DNA from: Octopus vulgaris
Taxonomy: Eukaryota
DNA length: 64,000 nucleotides
Direction of reading: 5' to 3'
Assembly: GCA_951406725.2 (NCBI GenBank)
Contig: OX597818.1
Location: 44,516,001 to 44,580,000, forward strand
Part shown: in pieces, positions 24,158 to 37,973 of the stretch
Numbering within the stretch: position 1 is the first letter of the stretch
How the letters are laid out: the number at the start of each line of letters is the position of its first letter
The notes under the pieces: generated by a model
Database searches by the model: none
Seen by the model: the letters and a program-made list of their open reading frames with translations, nothing else
What the model was told of the DNA's origin: nothing
Translations under genes and position numbers: made by a program

Positions 24158-24192
24158 GTTTAACGTTTCGAGCAGAGCTCTTCGTCGGAAAC
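24158..24192 (-). ncRNA. Minimal type-I hammerhead ribozyme-like motif in a Penelope-like fragment (24066-24250)
   Basis: Minus strand gttt-CCGACGA-a-gagc(tct)gctc-GAAAC-GT-T-aaac; U4>C variant core. Confidence 0.7.
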
Positions 24193-24574
24193 ATAGGAGA
24201 AGGGAAGACAGAGGAAAAAAAATCGCCAACGGTACACACGCGGTCACATACACAAAATAATATCATGTGGATGGAAATTCATAGGTTTTGATTATACATT
24301 GCAACACATTTCTTCTTCACAAACCATAATTAGGTGCTAATTTTTTATATTCATATAATACTATTTAAGATTACTCTCAATAATTATGTATTTGAATACT
24401 TCTTTAGCCACCACCCCCATCCTGCTAGTGTGGGTGCTTCCTCAGGCAAAGCACTACTAAACTTCTATTAACCATTTGCATTGACCTTAAGGACACATAC
24501 CAACTTATACCAATCAAATGATTTCATTCCTTTGGAGGGCATGACTTACAATTAGCCAGAGATATATCTATATC

Positions 24575-24617
<43 letters not shown>

Positions 24618-24699
24618 AGAAGGAGTATAGTTGAACATTCTGAGGGTGGATGAGCTTTATACTATACTCTGCCATGTTCCTAAAGCAGTATGCCATAAC

Positions 24700-24768
<69 letters not shown>

Positions 24769-25662
24769 TTAGGAAGCAAACTTCTTAATCACAATGTCAT
24801 GTCCTGCTTACATACACATACACACACATATCTGTCTGACTGTCTGTCTGTCGATCTATTTACTTATCAATCTGTCTGTCAGAGTGAGAGAGAGAGGGGG
24901 GAGAGAAAAAGGGAGGGAGAGAGGGTGAAACTTAATTTTAAGCGAAACACTACATCTTTCTCCATAAATGAAATTGTCAAAGATATTTCAAGTTTTCCTG
25001 CATAAAATAGACCTATAAAACTTGGCAAGTTGTGTAAAATGTATTCCTTGATATCATTTTTGTGTAAATAATTTCAAAGATTGGACATGTTTGAAGACAT
25101 GATTTTTTGAACTGTTAGATAATAAATATCTTCTCAAAGTATCATGAAAATTACTTAAATCTGGGATTTTTACTATAATATATTTGATCTATAATTACAC
25201 AGAATTCCAGAAAATATTCAATATTTGATTTCAGGTGGTTACCGTTCTGATGCAAATGGCATTAGGCCTACAAGGAAATAAGACATGTCTATGAGACTAG
25301 GACACATACGTATTGATATACCCTGTTAGACAGATGCCAAAGATTTACAGAATTGGAACAAAGAAATGGCATCAAACCAAATAGGTTTCTTTAAAACTCA
25401 GTATATACATATGCAAATGTGTGTGTGTGTAAGCAGTTGGTAGAGAGAATCAGAGAGGAAGAAAGAAAGGTAGAACAACATGAGAAAATAAGAAAAAGCT
25501 TGGCTTTAATCCCAAATAAAGTAGTTTTCTAAGTGTGTGCAAAAGACCTGGCAGATTTGCTAATTAAAGATATTGTGATGCAGTTCACATTTCACTATGT
25601 AGGGACCAACTTTTAAATTTCACCTGTATTAGACGAATAATAACTTGTAGTTTTATTTGTAG

Positions 25663-25705
<43 letters not shown>

Positions 25706-26676
25706 ACTATATATATATATATTTGTATATGCCAGCATGGCAAAAACAAAATAGATGTATGATGATGATGATTGTTGAAGAGTTAAATACAAAAGGTGTT
25801 ACATATTGAAATTTTATGAAAGTAAAAGCTTTTTCTTTTTCCCTTCTTACAAAATCTATAGGTTATAAGTCAAACAGATATTAACGACCGGATAAAATGA
25901 AATGAGACAAAATGTCTGTACATCTATATGAAGAAACATTCAGACTTTCAAATTAATATTTAGTTTTTTTTTTTTTTTCCACACATCATCTTGTGATGCA
26001 CTTGGAAACATCATCAGTGACATTTCCTGAAAAAGGTGTGTATGAGGTGTGTGTGTGTGTGTGTGTGGGGGGGTCACCAAGTGTTTTGGGGTAATTTTTT
26101 CAACGTTAGACACTCTCACCCAGGTGACCCAGACAGGATTGATCAATCACAAGCTTATGTCCAATTAGCACTGGTGACCTCACTGGTACTTATTCACAAT
26201 GTTTCATAACAATAACAAAGATTATAGCTTACAGCAGTATTTACATTTTTATGTAAATACTGACCCTTGCAGGGCTCACATCATTTGACCCACAACCAAC
26301 TTTAAAATCAAAATGGAAATATGACAAAGTATGATTGGAATAAAAACTCATGAAAGGTTTTGACACTCTAGGTGCAATTTCCAACAACTGTAGCAGGTTA
26401 TTCTTCACATTATTGGTAAACTGTATACAATGAGGGGATCTCTGCATGAAATAGCAGCCAAATCTCCATCAAATTACATCCCTTCATCTTAAAAGAACAA
26501 AGGAAATATATTAAATAATGTACTTCCTTTTTCTTATTTCCTTCTCAATCCCTTGAACTCATAAGGACAGTTTCTCAGTTTCCAATGTGTATAAGTGACT
26601 GAAATCACAACATATCACAACATTCCCCTAAATCATCATCATTTTACTGTTTCTATGGGAAACAGTAATATGATGA

Positions 26677-26725
<49 letters not shown>

Positions 26726-26736
26726 GTTGAAACAAG

Positions 26737-26832
26737 AGGTGTAGGAGTGGCTGCGTTGTAAGAAGCTTGCTTCCCAATCACATGGTTTGTCCCCTCTGTG
26801 CGTAGCCCCTTGTGGGCAGTAAAGAAATAAGA
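26737..26832 (+). mobile_element. Chimeric SINE: family A head fused to family B tail
   Basis: aggtgtaggagtggctg...cacatggtt joined at gtt to tgtcccctctgtg...gggcagtaaagaaat. Confidence 0.75.
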
Positions 26833-26836
26833 AATA

Positions 26837-27846
26837 TATCACCAGTATCAAAGCATAAAAAGCATTCTAAAAGCTCTGAAATCATCAGAACACCTGAATT
26901 TATCCAGTAAGTTCAACAGACCATTGATTACAATCCCAGAAAGTCTATGAAGTCAATTGCAAAAGATTTCCATGTGTCAGAAGGAACAGTCAGAAATGTT
27001 GTCCATGAAGACATCAGATATAAGTCTTATATGATGAGTAAAGGTTAATTTGTCAGAAAATGCAAGAGAAAATCCCTACATCAGATCTAAAAGGCTCTTA
27101 AACAAGCTGAAAAATCCAGCAGAAGATTTGATTTGGTTTTTCTCAAATGAGATAAACTTTGACCAAGATCGAAAAGTTAACAGAAGAAATGACAGATGGT
27201 TATGTGCAGACCCTTCTGAAGTTCCAATTGTTATGCATACAAAATTTTCTGCAAATGTCATGATTTTAGGGGTTGTCAGCAATGAAGGACATGTGATGCC
27301 TTCTTACTTCTTTCCACAAGGCCTTAGAGTTAACTCTTCCGCCTACATTGAGGTTCTGGAAATAATTGTTAAGCCCTGGATAGATGGTGTATGCAATGGA
27401 AGGCCATGTGTGTTTCAGTAAGATTCTGCACTATCATACATGGCTCTAGTAACACAGGAATGGATGGCTGAAAATTTTCATGATCATATAACCCCTAACA
27501 TTTGGCCTCCTAATTCCCCAGATCTCAATACATTGGACTATTACATGTAGAGCATTGTTGAGAGGGAAAGATTAATGAACACGCCCATAACACCAATGAT
27601 TCTTTGAAAGCTGCCATAATCAAAGTAATGTCCAAAATGAACCAGGACCACTTGATTCGAGCATGTAGATAATTTAGATCTTATATAGAAGCAGTTGTTT
27701 AAGCTGAAGATGGCTTTATTGAATAACATTATAGAAAAGAAGGTTTATTTTTATCCTCATAGCATTTTTTGATAAATAAAGTTATTATCTGTTATTATAT
27801 GTTTTTTTATAAACAAATCTGTCCTCAAATATCTTACACATCCTGT
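26837..27846 (+). mobile_element. maT (DD37D, Tc1/mariner superfamily) transposon, 5'-truncated pseudogene
   Basis: HTH region, FFSNE(D)..., FQ*DSA and WPPNSPDLNTLDY with 37 residues counted between the second and third D. Right end ...ttacacatcctg-TA; internal stops. Confidence 0.9.
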
Positions 27847-27874
27847 ATATATATATGTATGTATGTGCGTGTCT

Positions 27875-28048
27875 GTGTTTGTTCCCCCCACTATCGCTTG
27901 ACAATCGATGTTGCTGCGTTTACATCCCCATCACTTAGCACTTCAGCAAAAAATGTACTAGGCTTACAAAGTCCTGGGGTCGATTTGTTCAACTAAAAGT
28001 GGTGCTCCATCATGGCCACACCGAAATAACTGAAACAAGTAAAAGAAT
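27875..28048 (+). mobile_element. SINE family A, 3' half
   Basis: gtcctggggtcgatttgttc...gtgctcca...ctgaaacaagtaaaaga. Confidence 0.8.
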
Positions 28049-28388
28049 ATATATATATATATATTTGTATATTTATACACACACATGTACCATACATAAC
28101 AAGATTCAATACAGATTTCTGTGTGACAAACTTCACTCCTGAGGCATCAATGGATCTAAATGTAGAGAAGATACTTGCCCAAGATGTTGCTCAGTGGGAT
28201 CGAATCCAGAACTGGGTGGCTGCAATGGCATGCCTACATGTGATTTTGATTATTTTCTTCTTCTATATACATTATCAGTTAGTGTGGATTGTGTGCATGA
28301 TTTGTTTAATAATGACAACAGCGTTTCAAAGGGTTTAGAGATCATGAAGTGTGTCTGTCAGAAAGTAAATGAGCTCAAATAAAATATC

Positions 28389-28783
28389 TATTTCTTTACT
28401 ACCCACAAGGGGCTAGACACAGAGAGGACAAACAAGGACAGACAAACGGATTAAGTTGATTATATAGACCCCAGTGTGTAACTGGTACTCATTTAATGGA
28501 GCCCGAAAGGATGAAAGGCAAAGTCGACCTTGGCAGAATTTGAACTAAGAACGTAACGGCAGATGAAATACCTATTTCTTTACTACCCACAAGGAGCTAA
28601 ACACAGAGAGGACAAACAAATGGATTAAGTTGATTATATTGACCCCAGTGCGTAACTGGTATTTATTTAATCGACCCCGAAAGGATGAAAGGCAAAGTCG
28701 ACCTCGGCAGAATTTGAACTCAGAACGTAGCGGCAGACGAAATACCGCTAAGCATTTAGCCCAGCATGCTAACGTTTCTGCCA
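28389..28783 (-). mobile_element. Tandem dimer of SINE family B
   Basis: Two head-to-tail units with junction gaaatag|gtattt on the minus strand (28565-28578). Confidence 0.85.
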
Positions 28784-30232
28784 ACAGCCAACACTTTTAT
28801 TTATAAGAGAAATGCCCTTTATTTAACAACTTAGTATTACCGAAACCAGATTAGTAATAAATAAACGAATACACTTTTAACCGTGTGGGATTTTAATTTT
28901 ACAATCATGAATGACATTGACAACATCAGCAAAAGTACTTTCAGACTTGTGAGCTACCCCAGATTGCATAAGTACTTTAGTTTGTCTTTCCATTTAAATC
29001 ACAAAATACTTCAGTGTTATTGAAAGAAAAAAAAAAGTAATAAAAATTTAAAAAAATAGAAGTAAAACGGGAAAACTATTCTGGGTGGTTGCAACAGGAA
29101 TGCTTTCATCATCGGTCTCCTACTTACCCATGGTTGACTGGAGCTAATCTACAAATACAAGTATTTTGAGCCAATGAAGAATCCTTTATGCTAGTGTTGT
29201 TTGACCTTTCTTTCATTCACCCATTCAGCTTAATGCAGTTAGCCATTTATACACTTCCATGTAGACTAAATATGTCTATTCATAGAAAAATTAAAAGGCT
29301 GATATACTGAAGGATGTTTCTAAAATATTCCTAATTCATTGAGCTGCAGATGGAAAATGAAAACCTAGTAACAATTCTTAGCAACACTAAAAAAAGTGGA
29401 TATAATTTCTTCAATTAATTAGGTGTTAATTTATGTCAAGAGAAGGTAAGCTCATATTGCTGCCCACATGCTATCTTTGCTAGGGCCCCATCGAACGATG
29501 TTGACTGGTACAAGCGGACATAGACAAGAGATTTTTGAGGAAGACTAGTATTTGCTCATCGCATGCATATCTCCTTTCTCCATACCAGTAATATTTAACA
29601 AAGAGAAAGGTAGCCGACTGAGGCCAATACAGTTTAGCACCAGCACTAGTGAGTGTGTTGCAGTCATAACACGAAGAATCAAAATAAACACCACAAAATA
29701 TCTTGTTTGCCCCCTCTAAACAGTTCTGCCAAACCACCACCTTAGAGTAGTACTTTTTATCAACCCTGAAAGGATGAAAACAAAGTTTACCTTGATAGGA
29801 ATTGAATTTAGTGTGCAGAGTCTTGAAAAAATATTACAAAGCATTCTATCTAGCACTGTAACAACTCTGCTAATTGACTTATGCTATCTTTAAGATAGCA
29901 TGTTAGTGTATAATTATGTTAACATTAAATTGCTGAGAAAATTCCAGAGTGTAACTCAATATATTAGTCATAAATTTATAATTTCACTTCTTGATACAAT
30001 GATTGTAGGTATCATGATATTGGGTATGGAACCCATCCAACCATTAATTTCCTAAACAAAAGAATCATATATAGCAGAATGAATCTGCAAGGGGTTAGAC
30101 TAATCTATCCTTTATTTAGTCACTAAAGAAATCACAAGCAAGTATTGTTTATTGCAGGTTCCTGAGTATATGAATTGCATTACTGTAATAATTAAATTGA
30201 AGGAAAACATAATAGAAGTCTATATCAAGTAC

Positions 30233-30500
30233 AGGCAAAGCTGATTGGTTAAGGAAGTTCACTTTGCAGCCAAATGATTCTGAGTTCAATTCCAGTTCAA
30301 TCCCAGTGCACAACTTTAGCAAATATTTTTTTTACTTTGGGCCCATTTACATTTAGTAACCTAAGAATTCGACTGGCAGATTTTAATAAAATAAGTAGCA
30401 GATTAAAATAAGTATCAAAGTTGATATGAACAATTAAACCGTTGAAAGCAGTAGTGCTCCAGCATGGCTGTACTCCAAAGAATGAAACCACAAAAAGAAT
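30233..30500 (+). mobile_element. Old SINE family A-like copy
   Basis: Degenerate tRNA head and gtgctccagcatggc...aatgaaac tail. Confidence 0.55.
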
Positions 30501-31781
30501 AAAAAATAAGGAACTTGTGTCAATGAGTTTTGTTTAATAATATTTGGTTTTGTCATTCCAGCAAAGTTTCCAGATATTTAAACAGTGTTTGTCATGCTGT
30601 AAAATCCTCAGAAAAGGAACATTACATCTTTATAAATCTAAGGATTTTGAATTATATAATTGCAGGAAATAAATCTCAAATTATGGGAAATCAATATTTG
30701 GTAGAAGGGAGTGTGTATTTGTGTGTGTGTGTGTTTGCTAACTTCAAAACTATCTATTTATTTGTAAGAGGATGGGCAATGTACTTTATAGATTCTCCTA
30801 GACACTTGAGGTTTATGTTGCTATTGTTGGTGCTTGGGCCCAAAATCAGCCCTGACTGAGAAACACTGTGATCAAAGACACCCCAGCTTTCACCATGTAG
30901 TCCTAGATACACTAAATGAGATGCCAACAATTCTCATACAAGATTCCAACCTTTCAACTATGATGTAATTCTTTATCCTTTAAGAAGCCTGGTATCAGAT
31001 TATTATTAGATTCTTCAAGCTGTGTACAATTTTAGACTTGCTTCTGTTAGAGATATTGATTTTCACAATCAACGGTGTATCCACAATGATGTAAAATTTC
31101 TATTAATAAACCAATCCTTAACCATCTGCATTAGAAATTTGTTGTGATGTTATTAGGCAAGTGAATATCATCCATACAGTTCTTCCCTATTTACTGACAT
31201 TTCGGTCAAATTTCTCAAAAATTGTAATTGATTCATCACACACACACACACGCACACACACACAAACACATACATTGAATGTTACGAAAGATATATTGTC
31301 TTCTGATGCAAAGTAAGATTTATCCACAAATTTAATTAGGTAAATATATTTTCACAGTTTTTATTACATTTTAGTCACAAAGTCCTCATTATCACCGACA
31401 AAAACTTTTTGACCAAATGTGGACTTTGTTTTGCTTTTAGTGGTGGATAAACTGTGATTGGTTGGTGGAATATATATTATATGCATTTAAATAGCATTTT
31501 TATGTAATTGTTTCAGTCATTGGATTGCAGCCATACTGGAGCACTGCCTTGAAGGGTTTTAGGCAAACAAATCGACCCCAGGACTTATTTATTAAATCTG
31601 GTACTTATTCTATTGGTTTCTTCACAAAACCCCTTAGTTAGCAGGACTTTTTTTTATGTTCTGATAACTTAGCAAAATAAAGCAAAACTAGTTGTCAGGA
31701 GGTCATGTGGTGTGTGTGTGTGTGTGTGTGTAAACAAACCACAAAGAAACACACACACACACATATATATATATAATCATA

Positions 31782-31903
31782 TGGATGAGGACAGCTGTGC
31801 CAATCTCTAATTGTGGGGTAACCTGTAGTAGAGGTAGACCCAGGAAGACATGGGATGATGTGGTGCAGCATGATCTTTGAAATTTGAGCTTCATGGAGGC
31901 AAT
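31782..31903 (+). mobile_element. RTE LINE C-terminal relic fused to the mariner relic
   Basis: SRGRPRKTWDDVVQHDL*NLSFMEAM. Confidence 0.7.
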
Positions 31904-32854
31904 GATGGTTTAAATGATTTTGCAGTGGAGACCTGAGCCTTGAAGATCGTGAATGTAGTGGATGCCCATCTGTCATCGATGATGGTCAATTAAAGACCAT
32001 TGTTGAGAAAGATCCACAAAACACTACTCAAGAACTGGCAAAGGAACTTCGTTAGCCAGAAAACTGCATGAGATCAGAAGATAAAAAAAGCTCGACAAAT
32101 GGGTACCGCATGATTCGAATGAAAATCAGAAAATGCGTAGATATGAAATTTGCTTGTTGCTTCTTCACCGTAACCAGACCAATCCATTTCTTGACCGTAT
32201 TGTAACTTGTGATAAAAAGTGTATTCTGTACAATAATAAAAAATGTTCTTTGCAATTGTTGGACCAAAATGAAGCACCAAAAAGCTCCCCTAAACCTGAG
32301 CTTTTCAAAAAGAAGGTTATGGTGACTGTTTGGTGGTGTACTGCTGGACTCATCCACTGTAACCTCTTAAAACCTGGAAAAACCATTACTGCAGAAACAT
32401 ATTGCCATGAAATTGTCAAAATGAACAGAAAACCGCTACTCCTCTGTCCCAGACTGGTCATCAGAAGAGGGCTAATCATTCTTCATGACAATGCTCGACC
32501 CTGCATTTCACTAATAATGTTCCAGAAGTTGAGAGAACTTGGCTACAAAGTTCTTCTCCACCCAGCTTATTCCCCAGACCTTTCTCCTACTGACTACCAC
32601 TTTTTCAAGTACCTTGATGGTTTCCTGTGAGAGGAGTTCAAAAATCAAACCGATGCTGAAAGTGCATTCAGAGAGTTCATCAGCTCTAGAACTCCAGATT
32701 TTTATCTTACCAGAACAAACAAACTTGTAATTCATTGGAAAAAAATGTGTTGATTGTAATGGTACTTACTTTGATGAATAAAATTTCTAGTGTTGAAATA
32801 TATTGTGATGAATTTCTTGTTTCAAAACATTGCTTACTTTTTACTCAGCCTGAT
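31898..32854 (+). mobile_element. mariner (DD34D) transposon pseudogene with right TIR
   Basis: SGDLSLED, KWVPHD, FLDRIVTCDKKCILYNN, KKVMVTVWW, LHDNARP and HPAYSPDLSPTDYHFF. End ...tacttttt.ctcagcctgata-TA; stops and frameshifts. Confidence 0.92.
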
Positions 32855-33483
32855 ATATATAAATACACACACACACATGTATGTATACAGTGGGCTTCTG
32901 CACATTTTCTGTCTACCAAATTCATTCACAAGGTATTGGTTCGCTTGATGTTATAGTAGGGGACACTTATCCAAGTGGGATAAAACACCGTGGGATTGAA
33001 CTTGTAACTATGTGTTTGCAAAGCATTCTTCTTAACCACACAGCCCGATGCTCAACATATATTTATGATTCTGTAATACATTCTTATGATATTAAAAAAG
33101 ATATTTTGCACAATTTGAAAAAAAAAATGCCCGCTATTGGAATGTTTTGATTAAACAATATAGCTCCATAGTTTTTGTTTTTGACTGGTTCAACATCACC
33201 TTAACACTGCTATTTATATAGAAATTAAAAATTTTTTAATTAGTTGGAATTCAAATGAAGCAAGTTGTAAAGAATGGTAATTATAATGTAGAACTTTCTA
33301 CTTCAAGATCAAGTGCTTTTCTTGGATATATCTGTCAACATTATTGCATGTAGTCACACAAAACTGCAGATTTTTAAAAACCAATATCGGTTACTTTTAG
33401 ATCATGAAAAATTAACTAAGTTAATTACTGTGTCACTTCCTTCATAGCTTTGCTGATTTGTATTTTAACCCACACTGAGCTGA

Positions 33484-33700
33484 TTAACCCTTTTGATACA
33501 AACCCACCTGAAACCACCTCTGGTTCTGTAGTAAAAATGTCTTGTTTTCAAAAGTGCTGAATTAAAATCTTCCGCCAAACCTCAGACACAATTTATGTTC
33601 CTAACACTAGCTCAATGATAACCAAGTTATTTTACTAAATTCTTAATTATATTTAAAATTAATCGAAAGAAACACAGAAATATGGTAACAAAAGGATCGA
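33484..33700. mobile_element. piggyBac-like MITE
   Basis: TTAAcccttttgatac left end and ggtaacaaaagga right end; homologous in reverse orientation to the outer element at 38468-39407. Confidence 0.7.
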
Positions 33701-33980
33701 AGTGTTGTGTGATGTAACATGCTAATCATATGCAAATCACTTCTTGCAACCTCTTTCTAAAAATAAAATATCTAAATCATCTAAAATGTGAAAAATTCCA
33801 CTAAGTACCCCATTGTCAAAAATCAGTTAACTCATTTTTTCCGTGTATCCACTGTATATGCAAAGTACTGGTATACACGCAGTAAGGTTAATGGCTTTTA
33901 TTGCTACAAAAACAAATTTCATAAAATCTACCTCACCCAAATCATTTTATAAAATTATAACCATGAACCTTCCTCTAACT

Positions 33981-34103
33981 CAGAGGTTTTCAGTATGACC
34001 CATGGGGTCCACATAAAATTTTTAGGGGTCAATGCAAAAAAAATAGTAAACAGGGTAGCCACAGTAGTATTTTAAGGGTCCATGAAAAAATTTTGCTTTA
34101 GAT
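33981..34103. mobile_element. Possible hAT-like MITE fragment
   Basis: Starts cagaggttttca; repeated ggggtc(c)a subterminal motifs. Confidence 0.35.
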
Positions 34104-34420
34104 AGGTGTAGTAGTGGCTGTGTGGTAAGTAGCTTGCCTGGCGAAACAGATGGCTGCACCAGGCTCCAATCTGATCTGGCATAGTTTTTTTGTGCTATAT
34201 GTATTTACATATAGCACAAATAAAAGTACATTCTCAGATCATGATTTTATAACTTTTGATTTTTCTTCTTGTAATATTTAAAAATTATTCCATTATTTGT
34301 TTCAATTTTTCTCACAAACATGTAAAAGTTATTTCACAAATTCTTTTGTTTTTCTTTCATATTACACAGTTTTGAGGTTTTCTTAAAAGTTTAGATAATC
34401 TATTCCTATATATATATATA

Positions 34421-34620
34421 TCATCACCATCATCATCCTCATCATTGATTAATGTCCGTTTTCCATGCTGGTATAGGCTGGACGGTTTGACTGAGGTCTG
34501 GAGAGCCAGCGACTGCACCAAGCTCCAATCTGATCTGGCAGAGTTTCTACAGCTGGGTGTCTTTTCTAATACCAACCACTCTGAGAGTGTAGTGGGTGCT
34601 TTTTACATGCCATTGGCACA
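34421..34620 (-). mobile_element. SINE family C, 3' part
   Basis: Matches the 7261 body. Confidence 0.8.
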
Positions 34621-34676
34621 CAAACACACACACACACATATATACAAGGGGTGCTGAAATGTCCTTGGCTTTAGGA

Positions 34677-34707
<31 letters not shown>

Positions 34708-34708
<1 letters not shown>

Positions 34709-35092
34709 GAGCAAAACGCCCCCCGTCCAATAGATGGTGTTGAGTTGTCAAACACTTAAACCAAATTTTCTCAAAACAACTTGTCCGACTGTCCCATTTT
34801 GTGGCATAATTTCAAGCCAGCCAGCTTTTTTTGCACAAACTGCATGTGCATTTTTCTCGCATACGCATAGTATCAATTGCAACAGCTGATGTACTTGCAC
34901 ATACAAATGCATGTTCCCACGGCTTTATCGATTGAATTCTCACCTGGAATCGATTTTTGTAATTTTTTCAAGACTTATACACGCCCTGATATCGTCGGTA
35001 TCTATACATCAAATTTGAGCGCAATCGGATGGAGGATGCCCGAGATCCTAGAAGACACACACACAGACAGACAGAACGGATTTTATATAATA
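34708..35092 (-). mobile_element. Non-autonomous Helitron-like element
   Basis: Minus strand starts tatataaaatccgttctgtctgtctgtgtg and ends with hairpin ccatc-tattg-gacgg then CTCG-t (a CTRR variant). Same layout as 49035-49430. Confidence 0.65.
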
Positions 35093-35253
35093 TATATATA
35101 TATATATATATTTGTATATTGTAGTCAAGGATCAAGTCCACAAAGCTATTGCATTTTAGAAACAAAATTCTTCAAGGCAATGCCCCAGAATGGCCACAGT
35201 CTAAGGACTGAAACAAATAAAAGGTAACATATAATGTGCTACAAATAATTTTC

Positions 35254-35455
35254 CAGGATCATCCTGACAGGAAGTGAAGCATGGAAAAGAGAAAGAAAAT
35301 ATCAAAGATATTTGTGGGCTGCTGGCATCAAATGATGGATTGGAAACAAGAGACTGACTGATCATGTGCAAGCAGTGCAACTGAAAGGGAATTAAGGGTC
35401 TTGACAAGCTGATTTCTGGACACAGAGAAAGTATCCAGGTGATGGCTGGTAATAT
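35254..35455 (+). mobile_element. RTE LINE extreme C-terminal relic
   Basis: RIILTGSEAWKRERKYQRYLWAAGIK*WIG resembles IL.G...GKR.RGR....W...I..W.G. Confidence 0.45.
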
Positions 35456-36292
35456 CAATCATATTATACAAACTAGGAGAAAACCACTTGGAGTGGTGAT
35501 TGTGGTGTTCCCTTTAGTTTTAATTAATTGGTTCATTGGTACATGGAATGAAAAAGTGGGAGTCTTTTATACTTTTGATTTTGTTACCTTTTCTTTGTTC
35601 AATTCTGTTAAACATTGTTCAAAAATGTTTATCTCTCTTCAATATAACTATAGTCTAAATAATTAAAAATTACTGTGCTAGCTATAATAATTATCTCAGT
35701 ACTTCCTTACCTAAAATATAGCATATAATTCAGTTGTTTTTTGATAAAACGAGACTGTCAGTAGCTTGAAACAAAACATAGCATAGCAATAAAGGATATC
35801 AATCGTATATTGTTATACATTTCATACATTAAATTATTCACCGAATAACATACCTGGTATCAAAAGTTAAAGTAGAACAAAAAACATTATACAATATAAT
35901 AGAGAGACTTGAGGTACAACGAAAGAAATAATTTTAATGGTAAATGTCTTATTCATTTTCTTTTTGTTTTTGTATCTAAGGTCTTCAGTACTTTGATAAT
36001 AACTTTCATTATTATTGTAATTAGAGTTTCACTATAACAATTACTCTTATTTGATATTGTCATTGCTCATGGCCTGCAGCAGTATTCTCATCATCATTAT
36101 GGTTGACATCATTATGGCTATCATCGTTGTAAGGTCTTTATTTTAATTATGACATAATTTCAGTATCTAGAGTCTTTTTCATTTCTATATTTTAATTTTT
36201 GCATCACTTTTTATTTAGCTTTTATAACTAGATAACATTACACCTTAGCAGTTGCCTTTATATCAGACATCATCCTTACAATTACAATTATT

Positions 36293-36593
36293 ATTTTTTT
36301 TTTTGTTCCTTCTTGAGCCATGTTTGGCTCATAAGGGCCGGTTTCTTGCCATAATTGTTCCCCACCTGGACAGGACGCCGGTCCATTGCAGGTGAGCTGC
36401 AAGATGCAGGAGGAAAGAGTGAGAGAAAGTTGAGGTGAAAGAGTCAGCAGAAGTTTGCCATTACCTTCTGCCGGAGCCACATGGAGCTTAGGTGTTTCGC
36501 TCATAAACACACACATCGTCTGGTCTGAGATTCGAACCCACGATCCCTCGACCGCGAGTCCACTGCTCTAACCACTAGGCCATGTGCCTCCAC
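36293..36593 (-). mobile_element. SINE family D with 15-bp TSD
   Basis: A box tggcctagtgg, B box ggttcgaatct, A-rich tail; acaattacaattatt at 36278-36292 and 36592-36606. Confidence 0.9.
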
Positions 36594-37973
36594 AATTACA
36601 ATTATTCACAGTCATCAAAGCCTTTTTAATATCAAATTATACTCAATATCATTTTGTAGCCACAACAACACAGCTGTAGCTTTCTTAATCCTGAAACCTT
36701 TGAGTTACCCTCTATTCTTGTCTAATTTTATGAAGCAATTAAACAAAAGAAACATTTTGTCTGTAAGGTTAAACAGAATTGTTTACTTATCTGTAATTCA
36801 GGGAAATGCTCATTTTGAAAATGTCTGACAGACGAACTGAAATCTTACCTGAAACAAAAGAAAAAAAGTAAAATGTAAGAGACATCAGAGAAAAGGTACA
36901 ACAATTGTAAATATGTTTTTATTAACAATATGTCTCAGAGTACATTAAATTATATATAAATACATTGGGTTAAAAACCTCCTGGAGTGATAAACTTCAGA
37001 GATTTTTATTGGTACAAGAATAACATATGTGATACCCATGCTTTATTCCAAAAAATTTGTGACCTAAATGAAATGACTTCAATAGGGAATGAAAACTGGA
37101 TGGTGACCACATTTTGCAAAGAACTTATCACCATACTCCAGTACCCATACTATAATAGCTACTTGAGAATTCGTATGAAATAAAGCATAAAACTGTTTCA
37201 TTAACACTAAAAAAAGACAAATCTGACACCCTATATAAATAGAAATGATTTCTGGATGAAAAATGATGGAAGACCTAAATATAAACCCACATTAAGATTC
37301 ACAACACATAATAATTATCTTGCTTCATATAGTATCTGTTTTTCTAGTACATCACATCTCTGTTTCTAATTCTCTTACATAATCACAGCTTTCTTCTCAT
37401 AACACTGACACCCTTTTGGATTCCCTGTTTTCTTTTAATATCTTACCTTCCTACACTGAAGATATAAAAATAATATAATTTATGAGCTTCGTTTCTATAA
37501 TGAGCAGTAGGCTCGTGTTTTCCCCCCACTAAAACAATTCATATCAATATTATTACATTCCATTAAGCAACTCATATTTCATTTATACAAACATATATAT
37601 ATATTCCCTTGCAGTTTCTTTTAGAATCCTACCAACTATCTCCATCTTACCCCTTTTTATACACATGTGCACCAAAATATGTGCACTTTCATTGATACCA
37701 GAAATAGTACAAAATGTTAAATAACTTTAATAAATATGAAATATGAATTAATTAAAAATTGCAATATGTTTACTTATTCTTATGTAGAATCTTTTGAATA
37801 TTACATTTTTTAAATGACTGAATTCTGTTCTTGTGAAAGAATGCTCTGACCATATATACAGACGTGTATGCATATATGCTCTTTTATTGGTTCCAGCCAA
37901 TAGACTGCAACTATTCTGGGGCACTACTTCCAAGGGAGTTTCTTGATTATATTGACTCCACTATTCATCTTAG

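Noticed and set aside
25235-25281. Possible terminal exon (tttcag|...GYRSDANGIRPTRK*)
   Set aside because: No recognisable protein similarity or partner exons; needs RNA-seq.
29480-29740. 86-aa minus-strand ORF in a GC-richer patch
   Set aside because: No family motif recognised; probably an unidentified repeat fragment.
36520-36593. tRNA-like sequences with A and B boxes (also about 730-801, 42300-42373, 51198)
   Set aside because: They continue into SINE bodies with tails and TSDs and lack a proper acceptor stem, so they are SINE heads, not tRNA genes.
37445-37515. CTGAAGA with cctac/gtagg flanks (similar ctgaaaagg..cc at about 59480)
   Set aside because: No GAAA or stem III in the required position; too decayed to call a hammerhead.
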